Shown piece by piece: positions 8,660-18,862 of a stretch of 43,029 bases of DNA. Below the pieces are notes generated by a model. The model was not told the DNA's origin, made no database searches, and was given only the letters and a program-made list of their open reading frames with translations. Position 1 is the first letter of the stretch, and every line of letters starts with the position of its first letter. This stretch comes from an uncultured Gammaproteobacteria bacterium (GTDB taxonomy: Bacteria > Patescibacteriota > Patescibacteriia > 2-01-FULL-39-33), in NCBI GenBank assembly GCA_964558935.1, contig CAZLFP010000007.1, positions 1 through 43,029 of the forward strand, written 5' to 3'. The position numbers and the translations under genes were made by a program.

Positions 8660-11506
8660 TTATTTAATGATGTGTGCCAAATATTTGCCGGTATAGCCCC
8701 GCTTAACTTTAGCCACCTCTTTCGGTGTGCCTTCAGCTACAATCTCACCGCCACCCTTGCCACCTTCCGGTCCCAGATCAATAATCCAATCGGCGGATTT
8801 AATCACATCCAAATTATGTTCAATAATTAATACAGAATTGCCCTTGTCCACCAAATGATTCAACACCTGAAGCAGTCTCTTAACATCTTCAAAATGTAAA
8901 CCGGTGGTAGGTTCATCTAAAATGTATAAAGTCTTACCGGTTGGTCTTCTGGATAATTCCGTGGCCAGCTTTACTCTCTGGGCTTCACCGCCGGACAAAG
9001 TGGTGGCAGACTGTCCCAATTTAAGATAACCCAAACCGACTTTTTCTAGAATTTCCAACTTATCTACGATCTGAACTTGGTCGCTGAAAAACTTTCTGGC
9101 TTCTGTAACCGACATCGCCAGAACATCAGCAATATTCTTGCCGTTATGATGAATCTCCAGAGCCGGCTTATTATATCTTCTGCCGTGGCACTCTTCACAT
9201 TCAATATACACATCGGGTAAGAACTGCATTTCAATCTTAACCATGCCTTCACCGGCGCAGTTTTCACATCTGCCTCCACCTTTCACATTAAAGGAAAAAT
9301 GCCCCTGTTTAAAACCCCTTAATTTAGATTCCGGCAGATTGGCATACAAATCTCGGATATAGGTAAAAACACCGGTATAGGTGGCCGGATTGGATCTGGG
9401 TGTTCTGCCAATGGGAGATTGATCAATGTTAATCACCTTATCCAGATTATCCAAACCCTTGATTTCCTTGTGATCTCCGGGTAAATCCTTGGCTCGATAA
9501 AACTTTTGAGCCAATGCTTTGGCTAGAATCTCTGTCATTAAAGTGGACTTGCCGGAACCGGATACGCCAGAAATGACCACCAGCTTGCCCAAGGGAATCT
9601 GAACGTTCAATTGTTTCAAATTAAATTCATTGGCCCCGATAATTTCAATTTTTTTACCGTTACCTTGCCTGAATTTAGTCGGCATGTCTATGGTCTTCAC
9701 ACCGGACAAATATTGACCGGTTATGGAATCTTTTATCTTCTTGACTTGCGCTGCCGTACCAGCCGCCACCACTTCACCTCCCAAAGAACCAGCCCCGGGT
9801 CCTATGTCAATTAAATAATCTGAAGCTTGCATAGTGGCTTCATCATGCTCAACGATGATCACTGAATTGCCCTTGTCCCTTAAAGATTGCAAAGTGGTAA
9901 TTAACTTGTCATTATCTCGTGAATGCAAACCAATGGAGGGCTCGTCCAAAATGTAAATCACGCCTTCCAAACCAGAGCCAATCTGAGTGGCTAATCTGAT
10001 TCTCTGTGCTTCACCCCCGGCTAGGGTATTTGCTGCTCTGGATAAAGTTAAATAGTTTAAGCCCACATTCAACAAGAAGCCCAGCTTTTTGTTGATCTCA
10101 ACTATAATCTGTTTGGAAATCTTGGCCTCCTTGGAATTGCCTTTCCATTTCTTAGATAGATTATTGAAAAATTCAGTTACTTGGTCCAAATCCAATTCGG
10201 TTAAAGCCGCAATGGAGAGATTATCTATGGTCACAGACAAAGCTTCCGGCTTCAGTCTGCGGCCTTGGCAGACCGGACAAGTCGCAGTTCGCATATAGTC
10301 TTCTAAGGTCTTACGCATGTATTCTGACTTGGTTTCGTTGTATTTGTCTTCAATGAATTGAATTAAACCGGGAAACTTCAATTTCTTGTCATCTACCTGG
10401 TATAATTCTTCATCCGTACCCTGCATTATCACTTCCAAAGCTTTAGCCGGTAATTCATTAACCGGCACATTTAAATCAAACTTATACTTCTTGCCAACCT
10501 GATCTAACAATTTAAAATTAGAGGAAGCAGAAGCAAAATTCCGAGCCCAAGGTTTAATCGCTCCTTCAGCCAAGGTTAATCTTTTGTTGGGAATGATTAA
10601 GTTGGGATCGGGAACTAATTTAATACCCAATCCTCGGCAAGCCGGACAGGCTCCAAAAGGAGAATTGAAAGAAAAAGTTCTGGGTTCAATTTCAGGTAAC
10701 GACGTACCGCACTCATGACATACATAATACAGATTAAAAGGCGTATTCTGATCCTTATCCGGCTGATAAACGTTAATAAAGCCATTGCCTAAATCCAAAG
10801 CCAGATCAATAGCTTTTTTAAGTCTGTCAAATTCATAGTCATCTGTGCTTTTTTTCTTTAAATTTAAAGACAAGGAAATGGTATCTACCAATATTTCTAT
10901 GGTGTGGTTGTCGTTTTTATCCAAAGCCAATTTCTTAGCTTCATCTATATTGTAGAAATGATCATCTATCCTTAACAATTCATAATTGGCTTTTTCAATG
11001 GCTTCAATCTGCTTGTGATGCGCCCCCTTTTTGTTGTAAACTACCGGAGCCAGAATCTGGATTCTGGCATCAGTTGGAAACTTCAAAATTTGGTCAATTA
11101 TCTGTCCCGGAGTTTGCTTGGAAATCTCCTGTCCGCAATCCGGACAATGGACCACTCCAACCTTGGCAAACAACAATCTTAAATAGTCATAAATCTCTGT
11201 AATGGTACCGACCGTGGAACGCGGATTTACAGAGGAACTTTTCTGGTCAATGGCAATAGTCGGAGACAGACCATCCATACTGTCAACATCCGGTTTATCC
11301 ATTAAATCCAAAAACTGCTTGGCATAGGAAGACAAAGACTCGGCGTAACGTCTTTGACCTTCAGCATAAATGGTGTCAAAAGCCAAAGAAGACTTACCAC
11401 TACCAGATAAGCCGGTAATAACCACGAGTTTATTTTTAGGAATATCAAGATCAATGTTTTTAAGATTATTCACGCGAGCACCGCGGATGGAAATATGATC
11501 TTGCAT
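8660..11506 (-). CDS. uvrA: Excinuclease ABC subunit A
   Basis: Two ABC ATPase modules ([28 protein letters not shown]) and zinc-finger cysteines. Confidence 0.98.
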   Translation of the reverse strand: MQDHISIRGARVNNLKNIDLDIPKNKLVVITGLSGSGKSSLAFDTIYAEGQRRYAESLSSYAKQFLDLMDKPDVDSMDGLSPTIAIDQKSSSVNPRSTVGTITEIYDYLRLLFAKVGVVHCPDCGQEISKQTPGQIIDQILKFPTDARIQILAPVVYNKKGAHHKQIEAIEKANYELLRIDDHFYNIDEAKKLALDKNDNHTIEILVDTISLSLNLKKKSTDDYEFDRLKKAIDLALDLGNGFINVYQPDKDQNTPFNLYYVCHECGTSLPEIEPRTFSFNSPFGACPACRGLGIKLVPDPNLIIPNKRLTLAEGAIKPWARNFASASSNFKLLDQVGKKYKFDLNVPVNELPAKALEVIMQGTDEELYQVDDKKLKFPGLIQFIEDKYNETKSEYMRKTLEDYMRTATCPVCQGRRLKPEALSVTIDNLSIAALTELDLDQVTEFFNNLSKKWKGNSKEAKISKQIIVEINKKLGFLLNVGLNYLTLSRAANTLAGGEAQRIRLATQIGSGLEGVIYILDEPSIGLHSRDNDKLITTLQSLRDKGNSVIIVEHDEATMQASDYLIDIGPGAGSLGGEVVAAGTAAQVKKIKDSITGQYLSGVKTIDMPTKFRQGNGKKIEIIGANEFNLKQLNVQIPLGKLVVISGVSGSGKSTLMTEILAKALAQKFYRAKDLPGDHKEIKGLDNLDKVINIDQSPIGRTPRSNPATYTGVFTYIRDLYANLPESKLRGFKQGHFSFNVKGGGRCENCAGEGMVKIEMQFLPDVYIECEECHGRRYNKPALEIHHNGKNIADVLAMSVTEARKFFSDQVQIVDKLEILEKVGLGYLKLGQSATTLSGGEAQRVKLATELSRRPTGKTLYILDEPTTGLHFEDVKRLLQVLNHLVDKGNSVLIIEHNLDVIKSADWIIDLGPEGGKGGGEIVAEGTPKEVAKVKRGYTGKYLAHIIK

Positions 11507-11533
11507 GAGAGATGTCTATTTTTAATCAGGGTA

Positions 11534-11562
11534 ATTATATACTAAATCGGAAAAGATGTCAA
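11534..11562 (-). promoter_or_regulatory. uvrA promoter
   Basis: Perfect TTGACA-17 bp-TATAAT on the minus strand. Confidence 0.75.
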
Positions 11563-11580
11563 AGTTATTAAATGAGCAAT

Positions 11581-11610
11581 AAAAAAACACTCACAATAAG
11601 TGAGTGTTTT
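11581..11610 (-). terminator. porB terminator
   Basis: AAAACACTCAC/GTGAGTGTTTT inverted repeat. Confidence 0.75.
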
Positions 11611-11622
11611 ATATAAAATAAA

Positions 11623-12528
11623 TTATTTACTCAAACCAAACTTCTCAATATTTTCATCCGCAATCTTCTGCAACTGGTCAATCACTTTTTTACCCTCTTC
11701 CGTCTTAAACAAATGCTTAAACCTTTTCTGTAATTTCAAAAACTCTTCCACCGGTACCGGCTTGGAAACTTTAATCACCTTAGACAACTGACCATTTACA
11801 TACTCTACCATGGGATACAAACCAGTCTTAACCGCCAGCTCAGATACTTTAACCGTCATATTTGGCTCAATCCCCCAACCGGGTACACACGGGGTATAGA
11901 TCTGTAAGTATTTAGACCCTTTAATGGTTAAAGCTTTTTTAACCTTAGCTAAAATATCTGTAGTTAAATGAGTAGCTGAAGTAGCTACATACGGCAGATT
12001 ATGGGCTAAAGCGATTTTAACCATCTCCTTTTTAGGCTGGTCAAAACCGGTCGACTTCTTACCAGCCGGAGTGGTGGTGGTGGAAGCTCCCAACCGAGTC
12101 GCCCCACTGCCTTGGTAACCTGTATTCTCATAAGCTTCATTATCATAGCAAACATACAGAACATCATCTCCTCTTTCCCACATACCGGAAATCTGGCCAA
12201 CTCCGATATCAAAAGTCGCTCCGTCTCCGCCCAAAGCCAGAACATTAACCTTGTCCTTAATTCCCTTATACCTTAAAGCGGCACAAATGCCGGAAGCCAA
12301 ACAAGAATTATTTTCAAATAAAGAATGAATCCAAGGTATTTTGTAAGAAGTGGTTGGATATTTGGTGGTGGTCACCTCACTGCAACCGGTGGCATTGGTG
12401 GCAATCGTATTTTCACCGGCTGCTTGAAGAACCAAGCGAGCCGCGATAATCATGCCACAACCGGCACAAGCGGTATGTCCCGGGTTTAATAAATGAGATA
12501 AGGGTGCTTTGTATTTAGTCTTACTCAT
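11623..12528 (-). CDS. porB: Pyruvate:ferredoxin oxidoreductase beta subunit
   Basis: GHTACAGC, ATGC, TPP-binding GGDG...YDNEAY and PCVPGW motifs. Confidence 0.92.
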   Translation of the reverse strand: MSKTKYKAPLSHLLNPGHTACAGCGMIIAARLVLQAAGENTIATNATGCSEVTTTKYPTTSYKIPWIHSLFENNSCLASGICAALRYKGIKDKVNVLALGGDGATFDIGVGQISGMWERGDDVLYVCYDNEAYENTGYQGSGATRLGASTTTTPAGKKSTGFDQPKKEMVKIALAHNLPYVATSATHLTTDILAKVKKALTIKGSKYLQIYTPCVPGWGIEPNMTVKVSELAVKTGLYPMVEYVNGQLSKVIKVSKPVPVEEFLKLQKRFKHLFKTEEGKKVIDQLQKIADENIEKFGLSK

Positions 12529-12582
12529 ATATTAATCTTAACATTTTTAAGCAAAAAAAAGAAGTCTAAAATGTTTTAAACC

Positions 12583-12813
12583 TCATTTATATGTATTATC
12601 GTTTCTCATTCCTATATCATCCAGAATAATCCGATCACCCTCCTTATGAAAAATTATTCTAAATCGACCGGAACGCAGACGATAACAATTAGTGTTAATC
12701 AACTTTTTTATATCTAAATCATACCCGCCTTCAACCAACCGCTCAATAGCGATCAATAATCTATGCCTATCCTTTTTCTTTAGTTTTCTTAATACCTTTT
12801 GAATCTTGTCCAT
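12583..12813 (-). CDS. RelE/ParE-superfamily type II toxin
   Basis: 76 aa, basic, DIKKL...YRLRSGRFRIIF...R...Y pattern; overlaps the antitoxin gene. Confidence 0.78.
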   Translation of the reverse strand: MDKIQKVLRKLKKKDRHRLLIAIERLVEGGYDLDIKKLINTNCYRLRSGRFRIIFHKEGDRIILDDIGMRNDNTYK

Positions 12814-13060
12814 CGGACTTGAGAGATTTTTTCAGAGCCTTAAGCAGGTCTTTGGCATCAATACCTTGGCCTTTGTTATCCTGACGAGCATTAAATAACG
12901 TATAATATTTGTCTTTAACAATCATATCCAGATCAATTGGCCTGACTTCCAAGCTGTCGGCTTTAGCCTCAATAATATACATATCGGTTTTAAACTGCTT
13001 GCGCCAACCGGCTGGAATGGTAATCTGCCCCTTAGTTGTAGATTTTACAATAGTGGTCAT
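12767..13060 (-). CDS. AbrB/MazE/SpoVT-family antitoxin
   Basis: N-terminal STTKGQITIPAGWRK AbrB signature, upstream of the toxin. Confidence 0.82.
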   Translation of the reverse strand: MTTIVKSTTKGQITIPAGWRKQFKTDMYIIEAKADSLEVRPIDLDMIVKDKYYTLFNARQDNKGQGIDAKDLLKALKKSLKSDGQDSKGIKKTKEKG

Positions 13061-13083
13061 AAATTTTAGATAAAGTCATAATA

Positions 13084-13124
13084 TCTTACATTCTTACTTT
13101 ATTACTATACATAATTTTTGTCAA
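13084..13124 (-). promoter_or_regulatory. TA promoter with putative operator repeats
   Basis: TTGACA-17 bp-TAAAGT; two GTAAGA direct repeats (13084-13089, 13092-13097) overlapping the -10/+1 region. Confidence 0.55.
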
Positions 13125-13126
13125 CT

Positions 13127-13149
13127 AAAAAACTCCCCTAAAGGGAGTT
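13127..13149 (-). terminator. Terminator after porA
   Basis: AACTCCC/GGGAGTT hairpin plus an A-run. Confidence 0.65.
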
Positions 13150-13199
13150 ACTGGCAACCGTATCCATCAAAAAAGTATTTAAATCATTCTTAAATCAAA

Positions 13200-14333
13200 T
13201 TATTTTCCAAAAAATATAACTTTATCTTTAGAAACCTTAACCTTAGAATATATATCCTTAATTGTCTCCTTAGTAATATCCCTACCGCCCAAACCAACGA
13301 TGCAAGAAGTAACCTGTTGTTTGGAGCCATACAAAGCTCTTTTAATTTCAGTTGCTAAAATACCTTCCGTCCCCAAAGAAATGGATTTATCTAAAACCGC
13401 AATCTTTTTAGCAGAAGACAATAACTTAATTACAGTCTCATCATCAAAAGGCCTCAAAGACACCACTTTCAACACCCCAACCTTCTTACCTTGTTTTTTA
13501 AGCTCATCCACTGCCTCTTTCATGGTCCCAACCACCGAACCCATAGCCACCAAAACCACCTCTGCTTTTCTATCTCCATAGTATTCTACCATCTTCAAAT
13601 CCCGGCCAAACATCTTCTTAAACTTAACCATTTCCTGTTTAATAACTTTCTTAGAAGCCACCACATCCTCATGCAAATCCTGACGAATTTCCATATAATG
13701 TTCAGGAGTAGCAAAAGCTCCAAAAGTCAAAGGATTCTTGGGATCCAAATATTCCTTAGGAGTATAGGCAGGTAAAAACTTACCAATCTTGTCTTTAGTT
13801 TCAACCTCAACCGGTTCGACGGTATGAGTTAAGATAAAGCCGTCTAAATTAACCATGACCGGCAAAGCTAATTTTTCTGCCACCTTAAAAGCCAAAATAT
13901 GCAGATCGCACACCTCGGTCATATCTTCTCCAAACCAACTTAACCAACCGGAATCTCTTAGAGTCACGGCATCCTGTTGGTCGTTCCAAATACTGATTGG
14001 AGCTGACACTGCCCGATTAGCGCAAGTTAAAACCACCGGTAATCTCATACCGGCAATATTAAACAAAACTTCTGTCATTAATAATAAACCCTGAGATGAA
14101 GTGGCAGTGTAAGCTCTGACTCCGGTGGCACTGGCACCTTCGACAATACTGGCGGCTGCAAATTCACTCTCTGCCAAAACGTATTCAAATTTAGCCTGAC
14201 CGTCGGCTTTTAACTTGGCTAAATCTTCCACAATATGGGTTTGAGGCGTAATTGGATAAGCTGAAACGACACCCGGGGTGCAGGCGTTAACGGTTAGAGC
14301 AATAGCATGTGATCCTTCCAAGATTTTTTTCAT
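13200..14333 (-). CDS. porA: Pyruvate:ferredoxin oxidoreductase alpha subunit
   Basis: AYPITPQT, ESEFAA, TATSSQGL and DGFILTH motifs. Confidence 0.93.
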   Translation of the reverse strand: MKKILEGSHAIALTVNACTPGVVSAYPITPQTHIVEDLAKLKADGQAKFEYVLAESEFAAASIVEGASATGVRAYTATSSQGLLLMTEVLFNIAGMRLPVVLTCANRAVSAPISIWNDQQDAVTLRDSGWLSWFGEDMTEVCDLHILAFKVAEKLALPVMVNLDGFILTHTVEPVEVETKDKIGKFLPAYTPKEYLDPKNPLTFGAFATPEHYMEIRQDLHEDVVASKKVIKQEMVKFKKMFGRDLKMVEYYGDRKAEVVLVAMGSVVGTMKEAVDELKKQGKKVGVLKVVSLRPFDDETVIKLLSSAKKIAVLDKSISLGTEGILATEIKRALYGSKQQVTSCIVGLGGRDITKETIKDIYSKVKVSKDKVIFFGK

Positions 14334-14335
14334 AT

Positions 14336-14971
14336 TTAATCCTCAATTAATTCAACCCCCAATATCTCCACACTCTCCACCGGCCGATTCGGCCCTTGTG
14401 TCTCAACTTTTTCAATCTTGTCCACCACTTCCATACCAGCAATTACTTCTCCAAAATTAGTATGCATACCATCCAGCCAAGGAGTGGCATCAGCAGTCAC
14501 AATAAAAAACTGGGAACCATTGGTGTTGGGTCCGGCATTGGCCATGGCCAAGGAACCTTTAACCAGCTTATGACTGTTAATCTCATCCTCAAAAGTATAC
14601 CCGGGACCACCGGTTCCCCAGCTGTTCTTCAAAGCATCATCCTTAGACTGAGGATCTCCACCTTGGATCATAAAATCTTTAATCACCCGATGAAATTTGG
14701 TGTTATCATAAAAACCGGCTGCAGCCAATTTCACAAAATTATTTACTGTCTTGGGAGCATCTGAATTGTAAAACTTAACGGTAATGTCTCCTAAGTTGGT
14801 TTTAATCACAGCTTGAGTTATGTTGGTTTCTTCCATGTTTATTTGATTATTAGTCGTTTGCAGTACAGTTACTGGTCCTCCTGGTGTATTAGTGGATTCT
14901 TTATCTTGATCCTGACAGCCTGTCAAGATTAAAGAACAGAACAAAATTGTTATAATTAATATTTTTTGCAT
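14336..14971 (-). CDS. Cyclophilin-type peptidyl-prolyl isomerase, predicted lipoprotein
   Basis: FHRVIKDFMIQGGDP and AMANAGPNTNGSQFFI motifs; lipobox LTGC. Confidence 0.93.
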   Translation of the reverse strand: MQKILIITILFCSLILTGCQDQDKESTNTPGGPVTVLQTTNNQINMEETNITQAVIKTNLGDITVKFYNSDAPKTVNNFVKLAAAGFYDNTKFHRVIKDFMIQGGDPQSKDDALKNSWGTGGPGYTFEDEINSHKLVKGSLAMANAGPNTNGSQFFIVTADATPWLDGMHTNFGEVIAGMEVVDKIEKVETQGPNRPVESVEILGVELIED

Positions 14972-14973
14972 AA

Positions 14974-15249
14974 CTATTTTCTCTCCTCTTTCATTTCAAT
15001 CGCCCTAACCGGACAAACCTCGGCACACAAACCACAACCTTTGCAGTAATCCAAGTCTTTTTCAAAAAAGATCTTACCTTTGGAATTCTTGTCCCCGGTA
15101 CTAAAACAAATACCTTCCGGACAAATTCTCTCGCACATACCACAACCAATGCACTTTTCATGATCTATTTCCGGATATGACAACTCTCTCCAATTGCCGG
15201 TCTTAACTTGTTGGGTTGTTCCGGGTTTGACTGTTATTTTTTTCTGCAT
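14974..15249 (-). CDS. porD: PFOR delta subunit (2x[4Fe-4S] ferredoxin-like)
   Basis: KTGNWR, CIGCGMCERICP and YCKGCGLCAEVCP. Confidence 0.92.
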   Translation of the reverse strand: MQKKITVKPGTTQQVKTGNWRELSYPEIDHEKCIGCGMCERICPEGICFSTGDKNSKGKIFFEKDLDYCKGCGLCAEVCPVRAIEMKEERK

Positions 15250-15250
15250 A

Positions 15251-15787
15251 TTATCTTAAATATTCAAAACCTTTTTTAGCCGCTAAAACATTCTTCTGAG
15301 CCACTTCTCCTTCAAATCTTTCTTTGATGGCTTTGTTGACAGATTTCAAACTCAACTTACCGGTCAAACCGGCAAAAGCACCTAGCAGTACGGTATTAAT
15401 AATCGGTCTGCCAATTGTTTCCATGGCTATCTGGGTAGCCGGCACTGTCTTAATCTCCACTCCCTCGGGAGCTTTAAACTTAGCTGCTGACTTGGATGAG
15501 TTTATCAGCACCTGGGTTCCTTTTTTAACCCCGGCAAACACGTCTGCACCTTTAATCAAAGAAGAATCCTGAATAATGATATAATCCGGTTGCGTAATCT
15601 GAGATCTTAAACGAATGAATTTTTGAGCGATTCTGGCATAAGCGGTGACCGGTGCACCCCGTCTTTCTACTCCAAAATTAGGAAAGCCCTGTGAAAATTG
15701 ACCGTCGTAAAAAGCAGCGGCTGCAATTAGATGCGCAGCTGTCACTGAGCCCTGGCCTCCTCTACCATGTATTCTAATTTCCAACAT
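15251..15787 (-). CDS. porC: PFOR gamma subunit
   Basis: MLEIRIHGRGGQG and FGVERRGAP; start reassigned to ATG 15787. Confidence 0.92.
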   Translation of the reverse strand: MLEIRIHGRGGQGSVTAAHLIAAAAFYDGQFSQGFPNFGVERRGAPVTAYARIAQKFIRLRSQITQPDYIIIQDSSLIKGADVFAGVKKGTQVLINSSKSAAKFKAPEGVEIKTVPATQIAMETIGRPIINTVLLGAFAGLTGKLSLKSVNKAIKERFEGEVAQKNVLAAKKGFEYLR

Positions 15788-16565
15788 CTTGAAATTGATC
15801 TTTAACACTCTGAATTAATATATCCCAATCATTAAAGGAATAAACACCTTCCAACATAAAGCCATCTACAAAAAAAGTGGGCGTACCTCTAACTCCTAAA
15901 GCTTCAGCATCGTACACATCTTCCACCACCTGGTTTTGGTACAAATTGGATGACAAACAGCGTGTATATGCTTCCATATTTAAGCCGACTTGCCTGCCAA
16001 TTTGGTTAATTATCTCATCTGTCGCAGATTGACCACCGTTTAAAATCTGGTACGCCTTGTCATGGAACTGCCAAAACTTGTCTTGAGCATAGGCGCACTG
16101 AGCAGCTTCAGACAGTACAATGGACTGTTCGTTAATACTGGGAAAATGACGATAGATAAATTTAACCTCCTGGTCGTACTTGGCCATCAATTCCCGCATG
16201 GCAGCATACTGCTGTTGGCACAAAGGGCATTGGAAATCTCCAAATTGAACAATGACCAGCTTGGCATCTGGATTGCCCAAGTACGGACGTTCTGGGTTTT
16301 CTGCCAGTTGCTTGTTTAAGACAGACAATTCAATGGCCGCCTGGTCAGGATCTTGAGCCACTGTCGTCTGGTTGAAAGACAAAGCCAGACTGTTTACTTG
16401 ATCATTAATGCCCAGGGTATGGCTAGCTGAATACATGATTAAAGCTGTGGCAGCTAATACCACGGTAATTAAAACAAAAAAAACCCAAACCCGACCAGCC
16501 GGCTGCTTAACCGGCTTGACCTCAGCTTGTGGATTAGTCTGTATCTCTGAAGTCACTTGCTGCAT
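15774..16565 (-). CDS. Membrane-anchored DsbA-family thiol-disulfide oxidoreductase
   Basis: N-terminal TM segment, FGDFQCPLC (CxxC), YRHFP and GTPTF. Confidence 0.88.
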   Translation of the reverse strand: MQQVTSEIQTNPQAEVKPVKQPAGRVWVFFVLITVVLAATALIMYSASHTLGINDQVNSLALSFNQTTVAQDPDQAAIELSVLNKQLAENPERPYLGNPDAKLVIVQFGDFQCPLCQQQYAAMRELMAKYDQEVKFIYRHFPSINEQSIVLSEAAQCAYAQDKFWQFHDKAYQILNGGQSATDEIINQIGRQVGLNMEAYTRCLSSNLYQNQVVEDVYDAEALGVRGTPTFFVDGFMLEGVYSFNDWDILIQSVKDQFQDVGN

Positions 16566-16660
16566 ATGTGAACATTATACCATACAACCCGGCCAGTTGC
16601 CACCATTGACTTTTTATATTCAATATGTTAGAATGAATTTAATAACAAGACTAATCACTT

Positions 16661-16870
16661 ATGATAATTGAAATAATTCAAGCTACTTTAGCGGTTATGT
16701 TAATTGCCGCTGTTATACTGCAAAATCGCGGAGCCGGCCTCGGCTCAGCTTTTGGTGGCGGTGGTAATGTCTACCACACCAGACGCAGTCTGGAAAAATG
16801 GCTGTACTACGCTACCATTGTCATTGCAATCGCTTTTTTTGCGACTGCTCTGACCAATATTATACTTTAA
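16661..16870 (+). CDS. secG: Preprotein translocase subunit SecG
   Basis: Two TM segments and ILQNRGAGLGSAFGG. Promoter TTGACT-17-TAGAAT at 16606-16634. Confidence 0.9.
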   Translation: MIIEIIQATLAVMLIAAVILQNRGAGLGSAFGGGGNVYHTRRSLEKWLYYATIVIAIAFFATALTNIIL

Positions 16871-16888
16871 CTCTCCAGTTTCATCACT

Positions 16889-18721
16889 GTGAACTTTAAA
16901 TCATCTTGGGGCAAAAAAGTGCAATCCACTTTTTCCTCAGCTAATAAACAACTTAAAAAATTTAAAAAACAGCATCAATTGGACAAACAATTGGTCAGTT
17001 CTTTGAATAAATCCAAAATTCCCAGCCTAAAACAATTCAAGCATTTGTCTAAAGTTTTAACTCCTCAAGAAAAAATAGGCAGCCGGATAGCTGGGGCCTT
17101 AATATGCCTGTGCTTAATTCTACTCTCTGTGCAAGGCTACTATGCCATGACGATTGAAGTGCCAAAAGCCGGCGGTGAATACATTGAAGGTTTAATTGGA
17201 TCTCCTCGGAATATTAATCCCATCTTAGCCCAAACCAATGATGTTGATCTGGATTTAGCCGGTTTAATCTTTTCCGGACTGTTGAAATACGACAAAAACC
17301 GGCAGTTAGTGCCGGATTTGGCAGACAGTTATGAAATTTCCGAAGACCAGCTCACCTATACTTTTCGCTTAAAACAGAACGTAACTTGGCATGACGGACA
17401 ACCTTTCCAGGCCAATGACGTTATCTTCACGGTGGCAGCCATCCAAGATCCGGAGTTTAAAAGCCCCCTGTCTCGGAGTTTTCGAGGAATTATTGCGGAA
17501 AAGGTGGATGACTATACCATCAAATTCATCTTAAAAGAGCCCTTTGCTCCTTTTTTGGGACTACTGACTTTTGGTATTCTGCCGGAACACTTGTGGTACA
17601 ACATACCTCCGGCCAACGCAGTTTTAACCGAGCTTAACAAAAAACCGGTTGGTACGGGCGCTTGGCAGTTTGACAGCTTAAAAAAAAACAAAGCCGGCAT
17701 GATTAAATCCTACAGTCTAAAGAAAAATCCCAATTATTACGGCCAACAGCCATATATTAATCAGCTGATCTTTAAATTCTATGGCGATTTTATTTCAGCT
17801 GTGGAAGCCTTAAAAAGCAAAGAAGTGCAAGCTATTAGCTATCTGCCCAAAGAATACAAAACTGAACTTAAAAAGCATAAAGATATTATTTACCATGAAC
17901 TAGATCAACCTCAATACACAGCCATCTTCTTCAACCAAAGAGAAAATGAGCTTTTAAAGACAGACTACATACGCCAAGCTCTGGCTTTAGCCATTAACAA
18001 GCAGGCCTTGGTAGATAATATTTTTGAACGAGACGGACGGATTATAGACGGACCAACCCTGCCTGGCATTGAGACCAACCCTGAGATTACCAAGTACGAC
18101 TATGACCCAGAACAGGCAGCCAGCTTATTGGAAACTAATGGCTGGCAAATGTCAGCCACTACCACCCAAGATGGCCTGACTCAGCAGATTAGACAGAAAA
18201 AAGAATGGTTCTTGGAAATTAAACTAACCATCGTAGACCAGCCTGAATACATTGAACTGGGTCAGTATATCAAACAAGCTTGGGAGCAAATTGGTTTTAA
18301 GACAGAGCTGGAAATTGTGGACCAGAATAAAATCAGGCAAGAGGTCATAAACAACCGTAAATACCAAGCGTTGCTGTTTGGAGAAAGCTTGGGTACAGAT
18401 CCTGACCCCTTTCCTTTTTGGCACTCTTCACAAAACGAACATCCTGGTTTGAACATTGCCATCTTCTCCAACAAAAAAGTGGATGAAATCTTGGAAGCGG
18501 CCAGAAAAACCAATGACTGGCAGAAAAGAATAGAATACTACCAAGAATTCCAAGCCATTATTGCCAAGGAACTACCGGCTATCTTCTTGTTCAATCTCAC
18601 CTATACCTATCCGCAAACCCAGGTAGTTCAGGGCTTTGACTTGCCGGGTATTGCTGTTTCAGCTGACCGCTTTGCCAATTTAGCTGACTGGTATCTGAAA
18701 ACCAAACGGATCTTTAAATAA
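16889..18721 (+). CDS. OppA/DppA-like (family 5) substrate-binding protein with N-terminal TM anchor
   Basis: PDLA..YEIS.D...YTF.L...TWHDG.PF.A.DV.FT and PVGTG motifs. Exact start uncertain. Confidence 0.85.
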   Translation: MNFKSSWGKKVQSTFSSANKQLKKFKKQHQLDKQLVSSLNKSKIPSLKQFKHLSKVLTPQEKIGSRIAGALICLCLILLSVQGYYAMTIEVPKAGGEYIEGLIGSPRNINPILAQTNDVDLDLAGLIFSGLLKYDKNRQLVPDLADSYEISEDQLTYTFRLKQNVTWHDGQPFQANDVIFTVAAIQDPEFKSPLSRSFRGIIAEKVDDYTIKFILKEPFAPFLGLLTFGILPEHLWYNIPPANAVLTELNKKPVGTGAWQFDSLKKNKAGMIKSYSLKKNPNYYGQQPYINQLIFKFYGDFISAVEALKSKEVQAISYLPKEYKTELKKHKDIIYHELDQPQYTAIFFNQRENELLKTDYIRQALALAINKQALVDNIFERDGRIIDGPTLPGIETNPEITKYDYDPEQAASLLETNGWQMSATTTQDGLTQQIRQKKEWFLEIKLTIVDQPEYIELGQYIKQAWEQIGFKTELEIVDQNKIRQEVINNRKYQALLFGESLGTDPDPFPFWHSSQNEHPGLNIAIFSNKKVDEILEAARKTNDWQKRIEYYQEFQAIIAKELPAIFLFNLTYTYPQTQVVQGFDLPGIAVSADRFANLADWYLKTKRIFK

Positions 18722-18730
18722 TTTCAATCA

Positions 18731-18814
18731 GCCGACGTGGTGGAACTGGTAGACACGCTGCGTTCAGGTCGCAGTGGACGCAAGTCCATGAGAGTTCGAG
18801 TCTCTCCGTCGGCA
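18731..18814 (+). tRNA. tRNA-Leu (anticodon CAG), CCA not encoded
   Basis: Acceptor stem GCCGACG/CGTCGGC, D-loop GG, anticodon stem CTGCG/CGCAG with loop TT-CAG-GT, long variable arm, GTTCGAGTC T-loop. Confidence 0.95.
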
Positions 18815-18862
18815 CTAATCTCCCTCCAGCTTCAATTTTGAAGCTACCATTATTACTAATTA

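Noticed and set aside
11507-11600. SOS/LexA box shared by uvrA and recA
   Set aside because: I could not find a common palindrome upstream of both genes.
18731-18860. tRNA-Leu as an island integration site
   Set aside because: No integrase and no duplicated tRNA 3' end were seen; rnj follows directly.
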